Assembly: GCA_963843795.1 (NCBI GenBank)
Contig: CAWJLW010000010.1
Coordinates: 186,001 to 250,000, forward strand
DNA from: an uncultured bacterium
GTDB lineage: Bacteria > Armatimonadota > Abditibacteriia > Abditibacteriales > Abditibacteriaceae
Reading direction: 5' to 3'
DNA length: 64,000 bases
A program made the translations under genes and the position numbers. The number at the start of each line of letters is the position of its first letter. Position 1 is the stretch's first letter. Shown piece after piece: positions 50,461 through 60,517 of this stretch. The notes beneath the pieces were generated by a model. That model made no database searches. It was not told the DNA's origin and saw only the letters and a program-made list of their open reading frames with translations.

Positions 50461-53004
50461 ATGAGAAAACTGTTTGGTGACGGGCACTGCCCGCGTATAG
50501 AGCCTCGCCGGGGTATAGGGCTGATAGCTGGAGTATTGGGCTTGATTATGGGTACGGCTCAAGCAGACCCTTTTGCAGCGGGCAATGTGGTGATTTACCG
50601 TGTCGGTACGGGCAGTAGCGCGCTATCGGGAACGGCAACGGAGGTATTTTTAGACGAATACACCACCAGTGGCGCTCTGGTGCAATCCCTCGCGCTGCCC
50701 ACGGCAGACGCGAGCGCGAATCAAACGCTGACGGCTTCGGGCACAGCGACTTCGGAAGGTCTCATCTCGCTTTCTAAAGACGGCAGGTTTATCTTGCTGA
50801 CTGGCTACGACGCTCCAGTGGGCACGGCAATGGTGAGCGCCAGCAACACAAACAGCATATTGAGAGTAATCGGTCGAGCAGCGTCCAATGGCACGATTGA
50901 TACCTCCACTACAACTACAAGTTTCAGCGGCACCAATATCCGCAGCGCTGCTTCTTCTGATGGCACCAATTTGTATGCTACAGGGGGCAATAGTGGAGTT
51001 GTGCTTCAAGCTCTGGGTAGCAGTGGATTGGGTACTTCCATCAGTACGACCTTTAATAACTTGCGTCAGATCAACATCTTCAACGGGCAGCTTTACGTTT
51101 CCTCCACCTCAGGCTCTGGGCTAGCTACCGTGGGCAGCGGCGTGCCCACTACCACTGGGCAGACCACCACTCCGGTAACAGGAATTCTGACCACCCTCAA
51201 TTTGAATCAGTTTGTGCTCTTAGATCGTGACACGGGCATTCCAGGGCCAGATACGCTTTATATCGCGGACGAGTCCGCGCTGATTCGCAAATATTCTTCC
51301 GCCGACGGCACCAACTTCACAGAGAAAGGTTCGGTTGCTTTAACTTCAGTGCGAGGTCTAACAGGGGCCGTATCAGGCAACAACGCGGTTTTGTATGCCA
51401 CTAACGGCAGCACTCTGGTTTCGCTGACAGACAGCGCCGCCTTCAATGCCCCGATGACTCAAAGCGCTCCGACCGTGCTGGCCACGGCACCCACCAACAC
51501 CGCTTTTCGTGGCATTGCCTTCGCTCCGGCAGCTCCGACTATCACCGGCTTCACACCGACCAGCGGCGCACCAGGCACTTCGGTGACAATTACCGGCACT
51601 AACTTTACCGGCGCGACGAGCGTGAGTTTCAACTATGTCAGTGCCACGTTCACCGTCAACTCCGCAACGCAGATCACTGCTACGGTGCCCTCCAACGCGG
51701 GCACTGGAAAAATCCGTGTCACGACGCCCGTTGCTACCGCCACCAGCGCGGCCAACTTCACACCCATCTTGCCCGTTGCTACTACAGGTGCAATTATCTC
51801 CGAGTTCCGTACGCGTGGTATCAATGGCGCCACCGATGACTATATCGAGCTTTACAACACCTCCAGTACCCCAATCAACATCGGAGGATGGCGCTTGGAT
51901 TACGTCGGCATCGTTGATCGAAACCCACCCCCAGGCATCCAAATCAACCCGATCCAAACCGACCTGAGTGACCCTGGCTTCACTCTCCCTGGCTCCACTT
52001 CATCCGGCTCCTTCGTCTCCAAAAGCAGCACTTTCGCGGCACGGCGCCCCGCGATGATCGCCACGCCTTCTCTGGATTTCATTACGGCTACCGAAGACCA
52101 ATCGACCACCATTCCCGCGAACACTGTCATTCCTCCGCGCGGTCATTATCTGCTGACCGGCAGCGGTTATTCTTTGACTGCTACTGCCAGCAGCAACCAG
52201 TCACTGGCTAATGATATCTTGGACAATTCAAGTCTGGTGTTGCGCAATGCTGGGGGCGTCACGCAAGATGCGGTAGCGTTTTCGGGTTCGGGTTCCACAG
52301 TGGCGGGCGAGGGCACAGCGCTTCCCGCGCCCCCCAACACCGCTGGCGAATACGCTTTTGTGCGCGATGAGTCGACCGGCGCTCCCCAGGATACCAACAA
52401 CAACGCCGCCGACTTTCTCTTCGTCTCGACCAACGCTGGCCTCTACAACGGTCGCCAATCCCAACTCGGCGCACCCGGCCCCGCCAACCTCAGCAGCCCC
52501 GCTCTCACTCCAGCACTGACAGTGAGTGGCATCGACCCCAAGGCCGACATCAACTACTCGCCCAACCGCATCCGCGTGGCCGCAACCACCCCGGCCGCTA
52601 CCAACGCCACATTTGGCACGCTCATCTTCCGGCGCAACCTCAAGAACAACACCGGCAAGACCATCACCCGCCTGCGCTTCCGCTTCTCGCGCCTGACTAC
52701 GCTCAACAGCCCCACCCTCAACCCTAGCTCAACCCAGGCCGACCTGCGCTTTTTGAGTTCGAGCAGCGGTACGGTGCCCTCGCGCGATGGCAGCAGCACG
52801 CTGTCTTACGGCGGCACCACACTGGAAACGCCACCGACACAGGATTTGGGAGGCGGAGTGAACTCTTCGGCCAGCGGCTTCACTACCGTGACCCTGCCCG
52901 CGGGTCTGGCTCCAGGTGCCAGCGCCAACTATCAGTTCGTCTTCGGGGTTGAAAAGAATGGTGGATTCACCGCCATCTTCAATATCGAAGCCCTCAACGA
53001 TTGA
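50461..53004 (+). CDS. Secreted protein: beta-propeller-like N-terminus, IPT/TIG, lamin-tail domain, shared C-terminal module
   Basis: GAGGAG RBS; signal peptide ending AQA; NVVIYRVG..VFLDEYT; PTITGFTPTSGAPGTSVTITGTNF; IISEFRTRG..DDYIELYN; ends IEALND. Confidence 0.85.
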   Translation: MRKLFGDGHCPRIEPRRGIGLIAGVLGLIMGTAQADPFAAGNVVIYRVGTGSSALSGTATEVFLDEYTTSGALVQSLALPTADASANQTLTASGTATSEGLISLSKDGRFILLTGYDAPVGTAMVSASNTNSILRVIGRAASNGTIDTSTTTTSFSGTNIRSAASSDGTNLYATGGNSGVVLQALGSSGLGTSISTTFNNLRQINIFNGQLYVSSTSGSGLATVGSGVPTTTGQTTTPVTGILTTLNLNQFVLLDRDTGIPGPDTLYIADESALIRKYSSADGTNFTEKGSVALTSVRGLTGAVSGNNAVLYATNGSTLVSLTDSAAFNAPMTQSAPTVLATAPTNTAFRGIAFAPAAPTITGFTPTSGAPGTSVTITGTNFTGATSVSFNYVSATFTVNSATQITATVPSNAGTGKIRVTTPVATATSAANFTPILPVATTGAIISEFRTRGINGATDDYIELYNTSSTPINIGGWRLDYVGIVDRNPPPGIQINPIQTDLSDPGFTLPGSTSSGSFVSKSSTFAARRPAMIATPSLDFITATEDQSTTIPANTVIPPRGHYLLTGSGYSLTATASSNQSLANDILDNSSLVLRNAGGVTQDAVAFSGSGSTVAGEGTALPAPPNTAGEYAFVRDESTGAPQDTNNNAADFLFVSTNAGLYNGRQSQLGAPGPANLSSPALTPALTVSGIDPKADINYSPNRIRVAATTPAATNATFGTLIFRRNLKNNTGKTITRLRFRFSRLTTLNSPTLNPSSTQADLRFLSSSSGTVPSRDGSSTLSYGGTTLETPPTQDLGGGVNSSASGFTTVTLPAGLAPGASANYQFVFGVEKNGGFTAIFNIEALND

Positions 53005-53019
53005 ACACAAAGTGACTTG

Positions 53020-53091
53020 GAAATTAACACACATAAGTTGCAGGTGAGAAGAGAGTTTTCTTCTCACCTGCAACTTATGTGTGTTAATTTC
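53020..53091. repeat. Perfect 33-bp inverted repeat with 6-nt loop
   Basis: gaaattaacacacataagttgcaggtgagaaga-gagttt-tcttctcacctgcaacttatgtgtgttaatttc. Confidence 0.92.
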
Positions 53092-53156
53092 GCTTTGCAA
53101 CCTGTGGTTTTTACGTCATAATATCTTAAACTGCAAAAAGTGGAAGGAGATTGACA

Positions 53157-53381
53157 ATGACAGCTTATGACCAAAACGTATCGGAATTTGATGGCACTCC
53201 ACCGTCCGCTACATGTGGAGTGACAAAGCGTCTTTACAAAACACCCAGCTTGAGTTTCAATGGAAAGCTGGAAAGCGTGACCTTGCAATACGCTTTCGGC
53301 GCTGATGGAGTATGCGCTCCAGGAGGTCAAGGCTTTGACGATACGGCACCCAATTACGATCCTGACTGCACTGGTATGTAG
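53157..53381 (+). CDS. Putative lasso-type RiPP precursor peptide (74 aa)
   Basis: AAGGAG RBS; leader YKTPSLSFNGKLESVT matches YxxPxLxxxGxxxxxT; near HPr-type kinase, PqqD and nucleotidyltransferase genes. Confidence 0.78.
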   Translation: MTAYDQNVSEFDGTPPSATCGVTKRLYKTPSLSFNGKLESVTLQYAFGADGVCAPGGQGFDDTAPNYDPDCTGM

Positions 53382-53398
53382 ACTGACCGCCAATTGTT

Positions 53399-54366
53399 GT
53401 GGATTACAACGTTTATAATTTGATCGTGCGCTGCGATTTGCCGTTGCCGGATTTATTTCCGCCAGCGGCGACTTTGTCTGTGCTATCGGGGGGTTGCACA
53501 AACGGCATTCCTGACATCGTGCTTCGAGAAGGCGAGGTAATTTTCCCCTCAGTAATTCCGGTTGATGCACATTACGTCAAGATCACCCGCAGCGAAGCGT
53601 GGCTTTTCTGGCCCCAAGTCGGCGCTTTTCATCTGATCACGGGCCAAAAAATCATCGTAGAGCCAGTCCAAAAGGTGACGCTACAACACGCTCTGCGCCT
53701 GTCTATCAGGCCCGGTGATGGCAGTGGCTTTGTATCAACGTGGACTTTTGCTTTTGCACGCGAGTGCAGTTGCTTTGAGCAATAGCAACGGTTCGTGGGG
53801 CGCAGTGGGGTTTTTGGGAAATTCGGGTGAAGGCAAATCGACAATGGCAGCCACCCTACATGCGCGCGGTCACCTTTTGATGACGGACGATTTTCTGGCG
53901 GTGCCGACTTTGACATCCAGGGGAAATTTCCCATTGGTCGCGCCAGGAGTAGGGCAGTTGAATTTATGGCCAGAAACATTGGAAGCGCTTTGCAATTTTC
54001 AATCTTTCACTCATAATTCGACTAACGAATCAGCATACCCACAATTATGGGCACACGAAGACAAGCGTGTATGGCGCACTGAGGAAAGATTTGCTAACCA
54101 ATCGGTACCTCTACGCAGGCTCTATATTTTAGAAACTAACGATGTAGTTGCCTGTCAAAAGCTGTCAACGGCACAAGCCCTGAAACATTTGATGCAACAT
54201 TCCTATTGTGCTGGTTTTCTCCCATCCTGTGGAAATGGCGCAGCATTTCAAAGAATTAACAGCGCTGATAGAACACGTATCAGTGTCTCGCCTGACAAGG
54301 CCCCGTGATTTGAGAAAGTTGAGCCAGGTAGCTCAAACCGTTGAAGACGATTTTTCCACACTTTAA
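53399..54366 (+). CDS. HPr kinase-like protein (lasso-cluster kinase type; frameshifted)
   Basis: YNVYNLIVRCDLPLP; QRGLLLLHASAV; GNSGEGKST Walker A; LMTDD; LTRPRDL tail. Confidence 0.82.
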
Positions 54367-54437
54367 CACCATCGCACGGGTAAAGAGTGCTGTGCAAGTA
54401 CTTGCAGAGAGTGTTCAAGTTCGTGACAGGAAAACTT

Positions 54438-56373
54438 ATGTTTAAAGCCACCATCACGTTCGTAAGTCCAATCGTAAGGCGCAACCGCTTGGATTCACAA
54501 AATAAGGTCGATATTTTCATTCTGTTAGCGCTTAGTTGTGCTTGGTTTTCGATGCCCGCAGGAGCAGCACCAACCTTGTCAAACCAAAACAAAGTTGACG
54601 GCGAAGTGAGATCGGGCACAGCGAATGATGCCGCACAGAATGCAGCTGGATATATTCTCATCAGCGAACTGCGCACTCAAGGGCCAAATGGCGCGCGCGA
54701 CAGCTTTGTGGAATTGGCTAATACTTCTGCGCAGAAAGTAGAAATCAGTGGTTGGTCGTTGAATTTCGAGGCTGCCGACGGAGCGTTCAAGATTCAAATT
54801 CCCCACGGCATCTCGATTCCTGCTTATGGACATTTTCTGCTGGCAGGCGCCCAATACTCTCTGGCGAGAGAATACTCCTGCCGATTTAAAAATCGAACGG
54901 TCTTTCACAGGTGGCGTTCAACTACGCGATGCACAAAATCGCCCCATCGATGCCGTTGGCCCGCGACGCGCCAGCAGTGCGTTTCGGGAAGGCGACGGTT
55001 TGGATGACGCTTTTTTCAATGAAACAGTCGTGCTTTCTTCATCAAAACTTCTGCAAGAACAATTCTCCTGCGTGCGCCGCTTCGAAGTTGGCAAATTGAA
55101 AGACAGTAACGATAACCAAAATGATTTTGTCTTCGTCAGCACTCTCGGTAAAATAGGGAAAAGTGCCGTGAGTATCGGCGCGCCTGGCCCTGAAAACCTC
55201 CATAGCCCACCGCTGAACCAAGTTTCGCCCAATCCAAAACCTTTAAACGTCTCACAGCCAGAAGCCCAAAATGCCAATGCTGCAAAAGTTATTGCGGCGA
55301 ATAGTTCTACGTCTCATTCGGCGACATCGCCAGTTGAAGTTTTTCATCGCCCCGCGCTGCGAGACCCCGAAAATGTGGGAATTAACAAAACGTTTGGCGT
55401 GCTCAAGCTGCGCTGTCGTTTGGTCAATATCACCGATGATCCCATCACACGATTAAATTTCCGTATCAATGGCATTACTAACATTCCCACTTCCGACGGC
55501 ATCGACGAAGATGTCGCTCAGACTGCCGATGTGCGCCTGCTACCAGCCTTCAAAGAAAGCAAACCAGATAGTATCAGCAACACCTCTTCAAACCTCAAAA
55601 GCGATAAAAACGAGCCGAAACTGTGGGAAGCGGTTTTGGATGAACCGCCGTTGCAACCTTTGGGCGGTGGTTTCAACTCGCGCGTCACCATAAATTTACC
55701 CAAAGGTGGCTTAATGCCGGGAGCGGCGTGCGATGTGGAGTGGGATTTAGGGGTTGAGCGGCGCGGACACTATCAAGTGATTTTAGATAGCGAGCATTTT
55801 CATATCACCTTCGACGGTGATACCGAAGATATATCACGCTCTACACTGCTGAACCACCAAAACGTTGCTTCCGCAGAAATGGGACTCACTAATGGATACA
55901 ATCCTGCGCCGCTTTCTTCCGCCAACAACGCGCGACCTGTTGACAATAGCCCCTCGCCTTCAAAAACAACGACAAATCCCACGCAGATCCCTCGTAGCCA
56001 GCAGGCTTCTGTGGCGACTGCCATTATTATCTTCGAGGGCAACACCGAAGACGAATTTGAACCAGTTGAACCGACGCACTCGACACTAACTATTTCTTCG
56101 TTTCAGGTTCGAGGTCAAACCATCGCACTGCGCTTTGGCGGCGCACTCGACCCGCAAAGCGCCAGCGATATTGGACACTATACAGTGCAAATCAATGGCG
56201 AAACGGTTGAATTAGAAAGCGCACAGTACGATGTCGGAAGCAATACGGTCTCTCTGTTATTACCTCAGGGCGCAGCCAAGCGCGGCGATACCGTTTTTGT
56301 CCAGTGGGTCGCTCTCAAAGACACCAAAGGTGGCGTTTTGAATGGGCAAGCTGGCCCTGCCAAAGTGTCCTGA
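54438..56373 (+). CDS. Secreted lamin-tail-domain protein with a diverged copy of the shared module and an Ig-like C-terminus (frameshift near 54870)
   Basis: LISELRTQGPNGARDSFVELAN; GAPGPENLHSP; ITRLNFRI; ADVRLL; DEPPLQPLGGGFNS; LGVERRG. Confidence 0.78.
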
Positions 56374-56377
56374 TTCG

Positions 56378-56758
56378 TCATTTTAGCTTCTGACAAGTAC
56401 TTGTAGAGGCAATAGAGGGAGTTTCAATGGTAATGAGTTCGGCTTCAATCATTGCACTTAACAAAATCATCAGATCGCTTTCAAGAAGCTCGGTATCTAC
56501 CTCATAAAGTTTCAGTAATTCACGATGAATGTCACAAAAAGCCAGTGGGACTTCGATAAGCTTCCATAGGGCGACACCGACTTCGTCCAGCGTGTAATAT
56601 GAGCCGCTGGACAGTTGCAACAAAACCACTTCATCAGCGAGTTGGCACGACACGACCTCATTCTCGCCACGAGAGCATACCATCGAAGCCTGTGAAATTG
56701 CCGTCTGCACATCCATTTGCGAAAGAGTTGCTTTATCCATTCCACCAAGTTTATCCAC
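56378..56758 (-). CDS. PqqD-family protein (RiPP recognition element)
   Basis: VSCQLADEVVLLQLSSGSYYTLDEVGVALWKLI...LLKLYEVD...D...L...ELI. Confidence 0.88.
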   Translation of the reverse strand: MDKLGGMDKATLSQMDVQTAISQASMVCSRGENEVVSCQLADEVVLLQLSSGSYYTLDEVGVALWKLIEVPLAFCDIHRELLKLYEVDTELLESDLMILLSAMIEAELITIETPSIASTSTCQKLK

Positions 56759-56790
56759 AAAATAGTCCTCAAGCTCGGACTCGCCCGATT

Positions 56791-57899
56791 ATGCCATTAT
56801 CTTCAATATCAACTTCAAACAGTGAGTTAATGGCGCGTGCACTCAAAGGTTGTTGGCGTGCTTCACCACCGCCCAACGAAATTGAAGCGGAGCTATGGCC
56901 ACGACTGACACCTTTGCTGATCGGCTCGGGCGCGGGTGCATTGGCGTGGCGCCGTCTGCGTGGCGAAATGCAGCACGAATTGCCTGCAGGTGAGGTATCA
57001 GACGTTGCGGCGCTGCGCGAGTCTCATCGCACGCAGGCATTGCACACTTCACTTCAGGAGCGCCTAATTGCCAGCGTCTTCGTTCGTTTGCAACAACATA
57101 GCCTCGCGGCGATTCTGCTCAAAGGTTGGTCGAGTGCGCGCTTATATCCCGAAGCTGGTTTGCGACCTCTGGGCGACATCGACCTTTTGGTGCAACCCTC
57201 TCAAAAAGAGTTGGCAGGCCAAATTTTGCAGGTGAATGTCGATGATGAAAGCCAGGCCGAAGGCTGATTTTATCGACACAAAATCTGGCGTTACGCCCGA
57301 TTTATGGGTTCGACGAGACGCGTGTCTGGCAGGCGTGCCAAACCGTGACTTTGCACGGTGCGCCGCTTGCGCTTTTGTGCGAAGAAGATCAATTGCGGAT
57401 GTTGTGTCTTCATTTTCTGCGTCACGGAGGCTGGCGCCCTTTGTGGTTGTGCGACATCGCCGTCGCTTTGGAAGCGCGTTCTGACGATTTCGATTGGGAA
57501 CGCTGTCTGGGCCAAGACCGTCATCGTGCCGATGCCATCGCCTGCGCTCTGGGCTTGGCCCATCAATTGTTGGAGGCGCGTATCGACGACACGCCCATCG
57601 CACAACGGGCACGCGCTCTGCCTTCGTGGCTGGTACCAGCCGTTTTGCGGCAATGGGAAACTCCACTGCTGAGCCAACATCAGGTGCCGGAATTAATGAG
57701 TAGTTTGCTGCAGCGTGGTCAGATTGTGCGAGCGCTGCGCGAGCGCTGGCCCAATGCCATTGAAGCCACGGTGACACAACAGGCCTCGTTCGACCGGCCT
57801 CCTGTGGTGTCACAAGTGCACTGTTTCACTCAAATGAGTTGGAATTTCCTCAAACGCGTGCCACAGACCAAACCCAATGCGAACAAAATGCTGCCTTAA
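56791..57899 (+). CDS. Uncharacterised nucleotidyltransferase family protein (NTP_transf_5-like; frameshifted)
   Basis: ILLKGWSSARLYPEAGLRPLGDIDLLV; LCLHFLRHGGWRPLWLCDI; DFDWE. Confidence 0.85.
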
Positions 57900-58060
57900 A
57901 ACCACTGTGGATACAAAATATGATGCATACTTTACGCAGGTTTCTGATTTCTTGCGATTTTTTGTCTTTACCGACTCAATTCGACCAAAGCTATTTCAAA
58001 CGCAACATCATTTAGCAAGAAATCTCTCACAAATCTACGCAGAAACCAGCACGTTGTTAC

Positions 58061-58085
58061 CGCTACGCTACGCTACGCTACGCTA
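58061..58085. repeat. Simple sequence repeat (CGCTA)x5
   Basis: cgctacgctacgctacgctacgcta, 25 bp upstream of ATG 58111. Confidence 0.9.
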
Positions 58086-58110
58086 CCGCTGATATTTAAA
58101 GGCCTTAACT

Positions 58111-60172
58111 ATGTCGTTTTTTCATTCCGACTTTCTTTCTTTCGCTCCGCGTAAGCAGCGCTGCAAGTATTGCAAGCCAGAACCGCAATCGCCTGTGGCA
58201 TCTTGTTGAGCACCCTGTTAGCGCCCACCCTTTCCAGTTGGAACGCGGCGCACGGTGCATCACTTTCCACGGCACCACTCGTGAAACCTTTCTCTTATCT
58301 TCCGACTCAAGCGGCAGCCTATAAACTGGGCGCGGAAGACGTGCTGGATATACGCATGGCCAACCATCCTCAATTTGATCGCACCGTGACGATTCGGCCC
58401 GATGGCAAAATCACTTTTCCTCGTCTGGGCGATGTGCAGGTGTCGGGGCTGACGACTTCGCAGGTAGCCGCGAAGATGAAAGCTCAGTTGGAGCGCACCT
58501 TGAATAACGTGCGCGTCGAAGTTCAAGTCAAAACCGCGCGCCCGCTTTTGGCACGCATCATCGGTGCGGTTAAATCGCCCAATTCTTATGACATCAAACC
58601 CGACTGGCGCGTCGTCGATCTGATCGCTGCCGCAGGAGGCTTGAGCGCGCAGTCCGGACGAATTAGCGGACGCGTTATTCGCGGTGACAAAACCTTGCCA
58701 ATCGACGTATCGAGTGCCATGACACGCCCCAACAGCGCGGCCAACTTTCCTGTGCTCCCTCAAGACTTGTTGGTTTTAGAGGAAAGCACAGTTCCTTACC
58801 AAGTCACAGTTTCGGGCAACGTTGGTAAATCCGGCCCTTATGAATTGGAAGACGGCCTGACGTTACCCAAACTTTTGGCGCGCGCCGGTGGAACTACCTC
58901 GGGCGCGGCCTTGAAAGAAGCACAAATTTCGCGCAAGGGCGAGACGATCACGCTCGATATCTCTCCCGACCAGTTGCAGGACCCAACTTCGCCCGCTGCG
59001 CGCTTCATTATGCAGCAGGGCGATGTTTTGACCGTGCCGCAAAACAAGAAATTCTATCTTTTACAAGGCCGCGTCGCGCAGCCCAATTTGTATCCCCTCC
59101 CCGAAAATCCCGTTGATGCCACTCTGTTGCGTTTGCTGACCGAAGCCGGTGGCGCGCTGCCGGATGCGGACTTAAAAAATGCCGTCGTGACGCACACGGT
59201 CAATGGCGTGCAAGAGCGAACCAAAGTCGATCTCAGCGCGATTCAACAAGGTTTGGCGCCCGACACGCAGCAGTTGCAAGATGGTGATATTCTGCTGATT
59301 CCGGCTCGGGACGATCAAGTTCATGTTCTGGGACAAATCGGCAAACCGGGATCGTATGAGCTGACCGACAAGATGACTTTGCTGTCTTTGATTTCCGAGG
59401 CGGGCAGTTCGACTTCCAATACTGGTCTGGCCAAAGCCTACATCCAGCGCGGGCAAACGCAAATTCCGGTCGATTTGAATAAAGCGCTCAACAAGGGCGA
59501 TCTCGACCCACAAATCGCGCAGTTCAAGTTGCAAGCGGGCGATGTGCTGGTGATTCCCGATGTCACCACGCCACAAATCACGATTTCGGGCGAAGTCGTC
59601 GCGGCCCGGTTTGTTCAAACTGGACAACAACGCCAGCGTGGCGGCTTTGCTGGCGCAGGCGGGCAACGGCACGACCGACGCGGCCTATTCCAAAGCCTAT
59701 GTGCAGCGCGGCAATGCGCGCATTCCGATCAATCTGAACGCCTTTTTGCCCAATGGCACGCCCAACACGCAAGCTGGAAAACTTCCAATTTCAAGAAGGC
59801 GATGTGCTGACCGTTCCGAAAAATGAAGTGCAATACGCCATTATGGGTGCCGTGGGCAAACCGGGTAATTATCCTTATCCCGACGACCCCAAAGAGGCGA
59901 CTATTCTCAAAGTGCTGAGCAAAGCTGGCGGCCCGGTGGCTGCAGGGGTCGATGGCGGTGCCAATCTCAAAGGCGCCACGATCGTGCGTATCGTCAACGA
60001 GCAACCGACCACGATTCCCATCAATATCGACGATCTGTTCAAGAAAAATGCCCAGGGCGAAAACGTCGTATTGCAGCCTGGTGATGTCCTGTTTATCCCG
60101 CCCAAAAAAGCTGGTTTCAGTATCAATACCTTGCTTGGCCCACTGTCCGCGCTCTCGTTCCTGTTACGCTAA
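58111..60172 (+). CDS. Polysaccharide export protein with multiple SLBB domains (Wza-like; indels)
   Basis: YKLGAEDVLDI..IRPDGKITFPRLGDVQVSGLT (Poly_export), repeated G.V.KPG.Y...L..AGG / LQ.GDVL.IP units. Confidence 0.88.
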
Positions 60173-60250
60173 ATTCTAGATACTGACGTGCTCCCCGAAA
60201 GAGTCCTCGATTATAAAATAGAGAGCAAGGGCCAAATAAGGAGCAGGAAG

Positions 60251-60517
60251 ATGAAAGGGAGCCGTTTCAGCGAAGAACAGATCATCGGGATCATCAAGCA
60301 GCAAGAAGGTGGGCGCACCACCGCCGAGGTGTGCCGCGAAGCGGGCATCAGCCAGGCGACTTTTTACGCCTGGAAAGCCAAGTTCGGTGGTATGAGCGTC
60401 AGCGATGCCCAACGCCTCCGCCAACTCGAAGCCGAGAACGCCAAGCTGCGGCGCGTGGTCGCCGATCTGACTATGGACAACGTGGCGTTGAAGGATGTGG
60501 TCTCAAAAAAGTGGTGA
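60251..60517 (+). CDS. IS3 transposase OrfA
   Basis: [16 protein letters not shown]...[20 protein letters not shown]...[10 protein letters not shown]...KKW; ends at AAAAAAG. Confidence 0.93.
   Translation: MKGSRFSEEQIIGIIKQQEGGRTTAEVCREAGISQATFYAWKAKFGGMSVSDAQRLRQLEAENAKLRRVVADLTMDNVALKDVVSKKW

Larger units (their letters stand above)
49213..53031 (+). repeat. ~825-bp direct duplication (49213-50036 and 52207-53031)
   Basis: Near-identical nucleotide sequence covering the 3' ends of two adjacent genes plus 27 nt of 3' UTR. Confidence 0.95.

Noticed and set aside
49213..53031. Duplicated cassette as a diversity-generating retroelement TR/VR pair
   Set aside because: Too long, differences are mostly synonymous and not adenine-specific as far as I can see, and no reverse transcriptase is in the window.
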